IMG/VR virus record: IMGVR_UViG_3300020469_000020
Span: 32,001 to 96,000 of that record
Direction: 5' to 3' (one strand)
DNA length: 64,000 bases
From: a virus
The translations under genes and the position numbers were made by a program. Below, piece by piece: positions 19,222-28,068 of the stretch. The notes under the pieces are model-generated. The model made no database searches and was not told the DNA's origin. It worked only from the letters and a program-made list of their open reading frames with translations. Each line of letters opens with the position of its first letter. Within the stretch, counting starts at the first letter, position 1.

Positions 19222-20895
19222 TCAATTTTGGCTTTTTTGAAGACCATCAAATAGCCACATGTTTTGTCTTAGAATTTCAATGTCTTGAGTTTCATCTTCT
19301 TCACCCGCAAATGCTGGTGAGACATAATCATCTATACCATTATTAAGAAATCCAAAAGGTAAATAATTTTCTTCATTTTCTTTTTCTTCAACATACTTCA
19401 TTAGATTTTCACGTATATTACTATCATATAATTCTTTAAAATATTCTTCATCTACTATCCATGAAAATAAAACTAATGTCATAATACAATCATCATGTTT
19501 TCCATTTTCTGCTTTATAAGATCCTGATCTTGCATCAACCGAAAAAGTTAAAAATTCTCCTATTGTATCTGCATCTGTAACTATCAATTGATCTTTTTCA
19601 ATAAGCATTTTTAAATTTGAACAACCCATTCTTTTTATTCTTGCAGTTGTGGTAACTCCATATTTTGCATTTTTGTGAAATCCACTTGACAAAGTAGTTT
19701 TCATATCTTTTTTAACTGTAGTAAACATATTATCATATTCTAAATCTTGAATTAACACATCTGTTACTTGAGAACCTATATTATTTTCTTCAACTAAAAC
19801 ATATGCTTGATTATATTTTAACGCAACATTATGTATTGTTCTTGCATAGATTATCGGCTGTATTGTATTATCACGAAAAACTGCTACTACTTTAAATGGC
19901 CTCATAGAAACATCTATTACAGAAAATACTGAATAGTCTTTGTCCCTACCTTTTGAAACATCCGCTACAATTACATAATCATGTTCTTCTTCTACATCTT
20001 TGTATATTTTTAAATTCTCAGTCTCTTTCTTAGGTTTTTCAATTGCCATATCTTTCAATTTATGAGAAGCTATTAAAGTTGCGGTACTTCCCAAAAATTG
20101 ACAACAGTGTTCTACTAAAAATTTTTCTTCTCCAAATTGTGCAATGGTTTTCTTTTTCCATTCTTCACCTCTATCAGGTCTTTGATGCCACATAACTTTG
20201 TATGGAATGAAATCATTTATACCAGATTCAGCTTCTGTCCAAAACTTATAGAAATGATTTAATCCTTTTGGTGTGGAAGTCATTACAACCTTAGATGATG
20301 TACCAGATGATATTGTGGGATAAGTCGCAGACCAAAATAGATCAAAGTTATCAACAAAAGCACACTCATCTACATAAAGAAAATTAATTGTTTCACCACG
20401 TATACTATCTCCTGTAGATGCTGATACCATCACCATACATCCATTTTCTAACTCAATTGAATTGACATTCCAAGATAACACACCTTGTTGCATCCACAAT
20501 GGAATATGCTCATAAGCTTGCTTAATAAGTCTTAAACTTTTTCTTGCCGTTTTCATGTAATTTGCTAATATAGCAACATTTTTAGAACTATTAAATAAAA
20601 TATAATGAAGAATATATCCACAAATAGTAGTTGTCTTAGAAATCTGTCTAGCTGATAAAACTATAGTGTTTCTATTTTGGTGAACAAGATTTATTATATC
20701 TTCCTGATAATCCCATAATTTTATTATTTGCTTTCCTTTATCAATAGTAACAATTTGAAAATAATTGTTTAGAAAATAAGTTACATCATTTTTACATTTA
20801 ACATACTCTAATATTTGTTTTTTGGTAAAGGGAATGTCTTGTCCAACTCTTTTTAACTTTGGATTATTTTTATAATTTTGTAAATCTACTGTCAT
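19222..20895 (-). CDS. gp17: Terminase large subunit gp17
   Basis: SARQISKTT, LYVDECAF, STPKGLNHFY, ADVSKGRDKDYS, HDDCIM. Confidence 0.97.
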   Translation of the reverse strand: MTVDLQNYKNNPKLKRVGQDIPFTKKQILEYVKCKNDVTYFLNNYFQIVTIDKGKQIIKLWDYQEDIINLVHQNRNTIVLSARQISKTTTICGYILHYILFNSSKNVAILANYMKTARKSLRLIKQAYEHIPLWMQQGVLSWNVNSIELENGCMVMVSASTGDSIRGETINFLYVDECAFVDNFDLFWSATYPTISSGTSSKVVMTSTPKGLNHFYKFWTEAESGINDFIPYKVMWHQRPDRGEEWKKKTIAQFGEEKFLVEHCCQFLGSTATLIASHKLKDMAIEKPKKETENLKIYKDVEEEHDYVIVADVSKGRDKDYSVFSVIDVSMRPFKVVAVFRDNTIQPIIYARTIHNVALKYNQAYVLVEENNIGSQVTDVLIQDLEYDNMFTTVKKDMKTTLSSGFHKNAKYGVTTTARIKRMGCSNLKMLIEKDQLIVTDADTIGEFLTFSVDARSGSYKAENGKHDDCIMTLVLFSWIVDEEYFKELYDSNIRENLMKYVEEKENEENYLPFGFLNNGIDDYVSPAFAGEEDETQDIEILRQNMWLFDGLQKSQN

Positions 20896-20969
20896 TTAAA
20901 ACTACCTTTTTGTAATTGGATAAATAATATAAAACTGCATACTTATTTATTTTTAAAGGAAATTGTCAA

Positions 20970-22991
20970 ATGAAAAGTTTTTTAAATTTTTTAAAAGAGA
21001 ACTCTACAATTGTTGATGAAGGTGTTTTTATAGGTGAAGATGTTCCTATGGGAAAGTTTGTTTCAACAAAAGAAAAAGACATATTAATTGGAAGTGATAC
21101 TAAGCAAGGATTTTATTTATATTTTGTTGAGTATGATTCTTTAAACAAACCTGGTCAGAGTAATATATATTTTGGTATTAAATATAGACCTGGATCAGAA
21201 GGTGATCCTGATCTGTTTTGGGGTTCATTGAGAACACAGAATGAAAAACTGAATAAACCTTTGAAAATGTCTATGTGGAAAGACTTTGTAGTAAAATGTA
21301 ATAGCAACGTATGCAAGCCAGAAAGTGAAAACATTGTAAAACCTGGAAACATATACATGTCTTCTGCTTCAGCACAAACACCTGAAAGTTTACCAAGAAC
21401 AATTTATCAAGGTTTGACAAATCCTAATAAGCAAAAATTTCATCCTTGGATTGTTAATACTACAACTCTAAAGTATGCAAAAAAGGCCGCTGGAGTAAAA
21501 GATGATTCTGATATCAAAATATATCCAATAGCTAAGAATAGAAATACAAGAATCCCTACAGGTAGTGAATATGCATATAGGATTTATGTTTTAGATGACA
21601 TGAACAAACTTCAAGAGGTTTTAACTAAGATAAGAAAAAGTTCTTCAAAATTACCAGCAGAAGTTAAAACTTTTTTCAAACAAGCCGAAGATAATAAAAA
21701 ATATATTAAAGAAGTTTTGATTACAGAAAATGCTCAGGAGTTTATAGCAAAATTTTATCCTATTATAGAAGAGTATTACAAAGATAAGAAAAAACCCTCA
21801 GAATTAAGCACTAAAGAAAGTTATTTTAATTTTCTAAAAAAGTCTATAGAAAAGAACGCTTGGGTTTTAGTTGGTACATTTGAATCACTAGCTACTATAA
21901 TGATGGACAATCTAATTAATGGGAAAAAAGAAGGTCCATATGATCATTTGAATAAACTGTATAATAAGAAAACTGATACAGGTGTAGCACTTCAAGTAAA
22001 ATCAACACAAAAAATAATAAATTTTAAACCAGAACTATTTGATGTTTACTTACCGGCATCTTTGAATAAAGAAGCTAAAGATGAACTTGGAGCATATTTA
22101 ACAGGTGATGATGCTAGTGCAATTAAAGAACGTGAAAAAAAGAAAAAAGAAGATGAGGAAAGAAAAATAGAAAATCAGAAAAAAAGAGAAGTTAGAAGTA
22201 AACTTATGTTTGTTCCTATTCGCTCTGATTTTATTGTAGATGATGTTGCAACAAACTTTTTAAAAGATATAGTTAATGCGGTTAACAACAAAAATGTAAG
22301 TGTGGTTGTTAAATTAAGAAAGTATTTTTTAACCAATGGCATAAAAGATATGATGTCTTTACATGCAGATAAACCACTGAATAAATTATTTATAAAAAGT
22401 TCAACTAGAAATGAAGTTTATATAAAATCTCCTACGCCTATGAGTGCTGGAGATGAAAAGAAATTTTCAAAGAAAATTACAAAATTAACTGCATACGATT
22501 ACATGAAACAAGTATTATCAATGACTACTTCTGATGCTGATATACTTAGAAGAATGTTTACTATGTATGATTTTGTTAATACATTTTTTGATATTGATTT
22601 ACCGGCAGAAGTTAAGTTTATGAAAGTTAGTGATTTCGTAAAAAGTGATTATATGAATGCATTAACTGGTAATAAAAAGAAAGAAGAAACTAAAGAAAAA
22701 GAACAAATAGCCGCATCATATATTGAGGATGTGAATGGTGAATTATTAAATGAAGCAGAAGTTTCTAAAGTTGATAAAGCAGCATTTACACATGTATTTG
22801 ATCTTTTGAAAACTGAAAAAAATCCTTATGGAAATATATTTTTTGAATTCAATGGTAAAGTTTCGCAATTAAATAAAGGTGGTTTAAAAGAAGATACAAA
22901 AGGTGATGATAAGTCTTTTGATAAATTAAAAAAATTAGTTATTCTTTCTAGTGATTTTGGAATTACGCACCATAATTTAAGTAAAAAATAA
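20970..22991 (+). CDS. Hypothetical protein, putative internal head protein
   Basis: 673 aa; N-terminus MKSFLNFLKE resembles a T4 capsid-targeting sequence. Confidence 0.6.
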   Translation: MKSFLNFLKENSTIVDEGVFIGEDVPMGKFVSTKEKDILIGSDTKQGFYLYFVEYDSLNKPGQSNIYFGIKYRPGSEGDPDLFWGSLRTQNEKLNKPLKMSMWKDFVVKCNSNVCKPESENIVKPGNIYMSSASAQTPESLPRTIYQGLTNPNKQKFHPWIVNTTTLKYAKKAAGVKDDSDIKIYPIAKNRNTRIPTGSEYAYRIYVLDDMNKLQEVLTKIRKSSSKLPAEVKTFFKQAEDNKKYIKEVLITENAQEFIAKFYPIIEEYYKDKKKPSELSTKESYFNFLKKSIEKNAWVLVGTFESLATIMMDNLINGKKEGPYDHLNKLYNKKTDTGVALQVKSTQKIINFKPELFDVYLPASLNKEAKDELGAYLTGDDASAIKEREKKKKEDEERKIENQKKREVRSKLMFVPIRSDFIVDDVATNFLKDIVNAVNNKNVSVVVKLRKYFLTNGIKDMMSLHADKPLNKLFIKSSTRNEVYIKSPTPMSAGDEKKFSKKITKLTAYDYMKQVLSMTTSDADILRRMFTMYDFVNTFFDIDLPAEVKFMKVSDFVKSDYMNALTGNKKKEETKEKEQIAASYIEDVNGELLNEAEVSKVDKAAFTHVFDLLKTEKNPYGNIFFEFNGKVSQLNKGGLKEDTKGDDKSFDKLKKLVILSSDFGITHHNLSKK

Positions 22992-22994
22992 TAA

Positions 22995-23837
22995 ATGAAA
23001 GCAAACATACACTTTAATCATTATGCATATAAAGGTGAGCAAAATCTAGTACAAGATTTGCATGATGAAATAATACAAATTCTTGGTGTTAATGTATCCT
23101 ATTTACCTAAAGAAAGTTTTAATTATGATTTAATTTTTGGTTCAGATGATGATCAAAGATTTACAGAATCATACTTAATAGAAATGATGTTGGAACAACC
23201 TGATGATTATATGGGAGATGCGCTACTTGGTAAATTTGGTGTTCAAATAGAAGAGACAATTTCTTTAGTAGTATCTCAGAGAAGATTTGATGAACTAAAA
23301 ATAGAAAATTATAAAAGACCAAAAGAAGGAGACTTGATTTATTTTCCAATAGATGATAGACTTTATACAATTACTTTTGTTGATTATCAAGCTCCCGGAT
23401 TTCTACAAGCTGGTATATTTCCAGGTTATAGATTGTCATGTGAATTATATACTCCAAGTCATGAGCAAATACATACTGATGTTAAACATATTGATGAAGC
23501 TGATGAAGAAATACATACTCTAGAAATTCCAATTGTGGATATAGTAGGCAGATTTGCTGCTGGAGAACAAGTAATTGGACAAACAACAAAGTTTGAAGGT
23601 ACTGTTAAAAAGTTCTATCCAAGAAAGAAAGTGTTGGCAGTAAACCATCTAAATGGTTTGTTCTCTGTTAATGAAATTGTCATTGGTCAAAAAACTAATG
23701 CTCAGGCAAAAATCTCAGAATTGATAGACCATATTGATAATAAAAATAGTGAATCTGTCAGACTTGAAACTAATAGACAATTTAGAGATGAAGGTGATCA
23801 ATTACTTGACTGGGATCCAACAAATCCTTTAGCATAA
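22995..23837 (+). CDS. gp14: Neck protein gp14
   Basis: EQNLVQDL..E.IQI.G..V.YLP, KFGVQI, RPKEGDLIYFP. Confidence 0.92.
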   Translation: MKANIHFNHYAYKGEQNLVQDLHDEIIQILGVNVSYLPKESFNYDLIFGSDDDQRFTESYLIEMMLEQPDDYMGDALLGKFGVQIEETISLVVSQRRFDELKIENYKRPKEGDLIYFPIDDRLYTITFVDYQAPGFLQAGIFPGYRLSCELYTPSHEQIHTDVKHIDEADEEIHTLEIPIVDIVGRFAAGEQVIGQTTKFEGTVKKFYPRKKVLAVNHLNGLFSVNEIVIGQKTNAQAKISELIDHIDNKNSESVRLETNRQFRDEGDQLLDWDPTNPLA

Positions 23838-23844
23838 GAGAAAA

Positions 23845-24786
23845 ATGTTTTTTACTAATTCTGTAAGCGAACAAGACCAGTACCACCAAACTATAAGAAA
23901 TTTGGTGGTTGTAATTGGTTCTTTGTTTTCTAAAATGTTACTTGTAAGAAAAAATCATAAAACAGATATAATTGAAGAGAAAATTAGTGTACCAATAAAT
24001 TTTTCAAATCGTGATAAATTGTTAACACTAGTAAGAGAAGTACCTGATATAGATTCTAAAAATACTAATTATACAATTCCTCGTATTGGATTTTCTTTTG
24101 ATGGGTTAAGTTATGACGGTCAGCGCCAGCTGCCAAAAACTGGTGGTAGAGGAAGACCTACAAAAGATGAAAAAAATAAAAAAGATGCACTTATAATGTA
24201 CAACGGAGTTCCGTATAACTTTGATTTTACTGTTTCTATTGTAACTAAATATGCAGAGGACCTTACACAACTTGTTGAAAAGATTTTACCTTATTTTACA
24301 CCTAATTTAAATATTACATACAAAGCTATACCAGAACTAAGTTTAAATATTGATGTTCCATTATTACTCAATGGAGTGAATTGGCAAGATGATTACCAGG
24401 GATTGCAAGAAAGAAGATTATTAATAGCTGACCTTTCTCTAACTGCAAAATCTTATATTTTTCCACCAATAAAAAGCTATCCAAGAGTAAATACTGTTTT
24501 TGTAGAAACACACACTCTTGCAACCGCCGGAGATTTATATACCAAAAATAAAGTAGCTTTAACTGATAACACAGGAAATACCGTTCAAACAGAATATGGT
24601 GGTAATTTACAAGACGAAAGAGCAAGTAATGCTATGACTGATCCAAGGAATGAGCATAGTTTAATAAAAATATATGGTTATGAAGATAGTGATGACTTTG
24701 GTTTTAAAGAATTTATATATGAAGGAGTAACATACGATACACAAAGAGAAAGAGAAGAAGCATGGGCAAACAATGAAATCATTTAA
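23845..24786 (+). CDS. gp15: Tail terminator/sheath stabilizer gp15
   Basis: YHQTIRNLVV..GSLF, PRIGF...LSYD..R, VPYNFDF, QLVEKILPYFTP. Confidence 0.92.
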   Translation: MFFTNSVSEQDQYHQTIRNLVVVIGSLFSKMLLVRKNHKTDIIEEKISVPINFSNRDKLLTLVREVPDIDSKNTNYTIPRIGFSFDGLSYDGQRQLPKTGGRGRPTKDEKNKKDALIMYNGVPYNFDFTVSIVTKYAEDLTQLVEKILPYFTPNLNITYKAIPELSLNIDVPLLLNGVNWQDDYQGLQERRLLIADLSLTAKSYIFPPIKSYPRVNTVFVETHTLATAGDLYTKNKVALTDNTGNTVQTEYGGNLQDERASNAMTDPRNEHSLIKIYGYEDSDDFGFKEFIYEGVTYDTQREREEAWANNEII

Positions 24787-25369
24787 ACAATTTATAGTAG
24801 AAGAAGATTATAAAGGTGAACACAAAGCACCTTCAAAAAGTCAAGCGGCTCCTTTAAATGATTTAACGGATAATGGTATATATCCAAAAGATGTATATTC
24901 TTCTAATGGATTAAGATATTATGGAACCGGAAGCAACCTTGATAATAAAGCATATGCTATAGTTGACAGTGTCAAAAATAAACCAGAAAGTAAAGTTAAA
25001 ATGTATCGTGCGGTTCCGCATGTAAAATCAAAAGAAGAAAGATTAAGTATAATTAATACTGCTAAAAAAATGTGGATGAAAAGAGAAAAGGTTCATCCTG
25101 CTTTTGAAAGATTAAGTATTCCAAAGAAACAGTATTATGATTGGTTGCATAATGAAGCTGAAAAAATAGAAAAAGAAAAAGAGGAAAAAGATAAGGAAAT
25201 CACCGAAATTAATCCTGGTGACTGGGTAACAACAGTTTTAGGTTATGCAAAGGAACATGGCAAAGCGAATTTAAATGATGAATATAAAGTGTTAAGTAAA
25301 ACAGTAAAAGCTAAAGAACTCTATACCGATGGTAATAGTTGGTTAGAGTGGGCGTATTTGCCAAACTAA
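24773..25369 (+). CDS. Putative packaged protein, possible ADP-ribosyltransferase-like fold
   Basis: MKSFKQFIVE leader; VKMYRAV...INPGDWVT...YAKEH...EWAY pattern. Confidence 0.5.
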   Translation: MKSFKQFIVEEDYKGEHKAPSKSQAAPLNDLTDNGIYPKDVYSSNGLRYYGTGSNLDNKAYAIVDSVKNKPESKVKMYRAVPHVKSKEERLSIINTAKKMWMKREKVHPAFERLSIPKKQYYDWLHNEAEKIEKEKEEKDKEITEINPGDWVTTVLGYAKEHGKANLNDEYKVLSKTVKAKELYTDGNSWLEWAYLPN

Positions 25370-25382
25370 GTAAGGAGAATAG

Positions 25383-25865
25383 ATGAAATATATTAAAAGT
25401 ATATTTGTAATGCTTTGTATATCTACGATTTTAGCATTTTCCACTCAGGCAGAACTTCATTCGGATACCTATATAGGAAATGGTAGAACATTTGTAAACA
25501 TTGTTAAACATATTGAAAGAGGTGGAAAAAAATATCCACTCTTTTATACATCTAAAGAAGATGTGTATGCTTTTTCATTTGATTATGTTGTAGCAGAAAT
25601 GAAAAATATGGAAAAAGCAGAAGCAATAGCAAAAAAATATGGAGTTAAACTCACGGCATACAATGATTTACAAATTGCTCTTTTTATTGCTGACAGTCCA
25701 ATGGAAGTTATGGATTTGTATAAAAAATTAAAAACTGAACCAATGATTGAATATTTGGAGTTAGCTTTATTTGAAGCACATCCAGACATGAAAAAATATG
25801 TCGTAAAGCTTCCTGGTGTTGAAACACCGATAGGTAATGTAATGCTTTGGTTTGATAAATGGTAA
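25383..25865 (+). CDS. Exported hypothetical protein (signal peptide)
   Basis: MKYIK-hydrophobic-TQA signal; AGGAG RBS. Confidence 0.65.
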   Translation: MKYIKSIFVMLCISTILAFSTQAELHSDTYIGNGRTFVNIVKHIERGGKKYPLFYTSKEDVYAFSFDYVVAEMKNMEKAEAIAKKYGVKLTAYNDLQIALFIADSPMEVMDLYKKLKTEPMIEYLELALFEAHPDMKKYVVKLPGVETPIGNVMLWFDKW

Positions 25866-25881
25866 TCTAAAGGAGAATCAA

Positions 25882-26343
25882 ATGAGTATTTTTTTGAAGT
25901 GGTGGTTGTTAATAACATTGACAGTTATGGGAATAGCAACTAGTATTTATTTTAATTTTCATATGTTTTTATTTAATAATGACCTTACAAAATTAAGTTT
26001 AGTAATTTTATCTTTATTTATAATTAGCACTATAGTTATTGGTTACAAGATATGGTATGGAAAAATAAAGAAAATTAAAGAATATAGCTTTGAAAAAGAA
26101 TGGTTTGTAAGTGAATTATTAATTAGTTTAGGAATGATTGGTACGGTTATTGGTTTTATATTCATGCTATATTCTGTGTTTGTGGATTTAAATATAGAGG
26201 ATGCACAAGCAGTTCAAGAAAGTTTAGGCGGAATGGCGCAGGGTATGGGTACTGCACTACTCACAACTTTAGTTGGTCTTATTGGTAGTGTGTTAATTAA
26301 AAGTCAATTAGTAATGGTAGAAGATGAGAAAATACAGCAGTAA
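25882..26343 (+). CDS. MotA/TolQ/ExbB proton-channel family membrane protein
   Basis: LGMIGTVIGF and GMGTALLTTLVGL signatures; 4 hydrophobic segments; start moved to ATG after AGGAG. Confidence 0.85.
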   Translation: MSIFLKWWLLITLTVMGIATSIYFNFHMFLFNNDLTKLSLVILSLFIISTIVIGYKIWYGKIKKIKEYSFEKEWFVSELLISLGMIGTVIGFIFMLYSVFVDLNIEDAQAVQESLGGMAQGMGTALLTTLVGLIGSVLIKSQLVMVEDEKIQQ

Positions 26344-27022
26344 TCTTGCTTTCATAGACCTGCTATTTAATCTCATACTTGGTTTTGTTTTTCTTTTTGT
26401 TGTAAGTTTTTTATTAATTAATGATCCAACAAAAAAAGATAACGTAGAAGCTAAAGCTGAGTATATGATTATAATGAGTTGGGATGCAGATAAAGACGTT
26501 GATATTGATTTATGGGTACAAGGTCCAAGTGGTCTTGTAGGATTTAGACAACCTATGGCTGGATTTATGAACTTAGACCGTGATGATTTAGGTCATCGTA
26601 ATGATAGAATTGTTCGTGGTCCAAATGCGGGAGAAATTGTCTACTTAAATCGTGAAGTTGTAAATATAAGAGGATTTCAGCCTGGCGAATATGTTGTAAA
26701 TGCACATTATTATTTTGGAAGAGGTCCATATCAAAGCGATTTATCAGTAGAAATAACAGTTGAGGTTTTAAAGTTAAATCCATATTCACAAGTTTATGTT
26801 GGTACTAAAAAAATATTTAAAAAAGGTGAAGAAAGAACTTTTACAAGATTTACAATGAAACCAAATGGATATTATACTAATGTAAATGAGTTACCAAAGG
26901 CACTAGTAATGGTAGGACATGACTTACCACCTTCAACAAGTTTTGGACAAAGCCTTCAAGGTTCACATCCTGGTCAACCTAAAACTGATGATGATGATGA
27001 TAACAATGATGATGGAACATAG
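26324..27022 (+). CDS. ExbD/MotB-like single-TM partner with YfaP/DUF2135-like periplasmic domain
   Basis: N-terminal FIDLLFNLILGFVFLF with membrane Asp; DVDIDLWV.GP, LDRDDLG, PGEYVVNAHYY. Confidence 0.7.
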   Translation: MRKYSSNLAFIDLLFNLILGFVFLFVVSFLLINDPTKKDNVEAKAEYMIIMSWDADKDVDIDLWVQGPSGLVGFRQPMAGFMNLDRDDLGHRNDRIVRGPNAGEIVYLNREVVNIRGFQPGEYVVNAHYYFGRGPYQSDLSVEITVEVLKLNPYSQVYVGTKKIFKKGEERTFTRFTMKPNGYYTNVNELPKALVMVGHDLPPSTSFGQSLQGSHPGQPKTDDDDDNNDDGT

Positions 27023-27031
27023 GAGAATATC

Positions 27032-27556
27032 ATGATATACTTAGTAACACTTTCTATATTTTTAGTTTCTGTATTTTTATATCTTTTGATAGAATTAAAA
27101 AGAAGTATACATTTAATATACGTTATACCTCTTAGTCTTATTTTTACAGCTGGAAGTTATTTTTATCTAGATTCTTTGTTTGGATATCCAGTTGCAAAAA
27201 CTAATGAAGAGAAATTTTATTTATTGTCATATTATATTGCACCAGAAGAAACAACTATTAATATGTGGGTTATTTTAGAAAAGGAGACCGTTCCAAAGGC
27301 TATAGTTCTTCCATACGATCAAGAAACGCATGAAGCACTTGAAGAAGTAAGAAAAAGAATGGGTGAGGGTGATGCTGTAATGGGTGAATTTAATATCACA
27401 ACTGACCCAGGAACAGAGTTGGAAGGAGCAACACAAGATGACAAACAATCATCAGGAGGAACTAGAAAATCAGCAGGCGGAGCTTTTAATATACTAAACC
27501 TAGACTTATCATCAAAACTACCACCAAAAGACCAATATGTCATCGGCGATGATTAA
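27032..27556 (+). CDS. Membrane protein, third gene of the MotA-like module
   Basis: Two N-terminal TM segments followed by GYP. Confidence 0.7.
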   Translation: MIYLVTLSIFLVSVFLYLLIELKRSIHLIYVIPLSLIFTAGSYFYLDSLFGYPVAKTNEEKFYLLSYYIAPEETTINMWVILEKETVPKAIVLPYDQETHEALEEVRKRMGEGDAVMGEFNITTDPGTELEGATQDDKQSSGGTRKSAGGAFNILNLDLSSKLPPKDQYVIGDD

Positions 27557-27968
27557 ACCAGAAGAAGTTTGCTATGTTCCTGATGAATTAATAGAAGAGG
27601 GACAAGAGAGAAAACTTCAAAAAGTTTCAAAATTTAATGATGTAGCAATACCTGAAGAAGAAAATTCCGTCGATGATGACTTTGATTTTGCCCAAGAAAC
27701 TATACGTGAAACAATTATGAAATCAAATGAAGTTTTACAAGAACTTGGGCAAGCAGCAATTTTAAATGAAAATGGTAAATTATATGAATCATATTCTCAA
27801 CTAATGAAAAATATAATTGATGGCTCATCGCAACTTATTGATATACATTCCAAAAAGAAAAAAATTAAAGAAGTTAAAGGATCAAAACAAAAAAATACTC
27901 AAGTAAATAATTTGATTGTTGGTTCTACTAAAGAACTATTAGAAATGATAGAAAATCAGAAGTCTTAA
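27537..27968 (+). CDS. gp16: Terminase small subunit gp16
   Basis: DDDFDFAQETIRE, YESYSQLMK, NNLIVGSTKEL. Confidence 0.85.
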   Translation: MSSAMIKPEEVCYVPDELIEEGQERKLQKVSKFNDVAIPEEENSVDDDFDFAQETIRETIMKSNEVLQELGQAAILNENGKLYESYSQLMKNIIDGSSQLIDIHSKKKKIKEVKGSKQKNTQVNNLIVGSTKELLEMIENQKS

Positions 27969-28068
27969 ATTTCCCTCCTTCTTTTTGGAATAAGATAAAT
28001 AAAAAAGAATAATTATATTCCCACAACTATATTCTTTTTTTAAAAAAAATAAAATAGCAGCACGTATC

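Noticed and set aside
8232-20895. Introns, inteins or stop-codon recoding in core genes
   Set aside because: gp17, gp20 and gp23 are continuous and of about normal length under the standard code.
25882-27556. Zorya defence system
   Set aside because: No long ZorA tail, no OmpA-like ZorB domain, no zorC/D/E.
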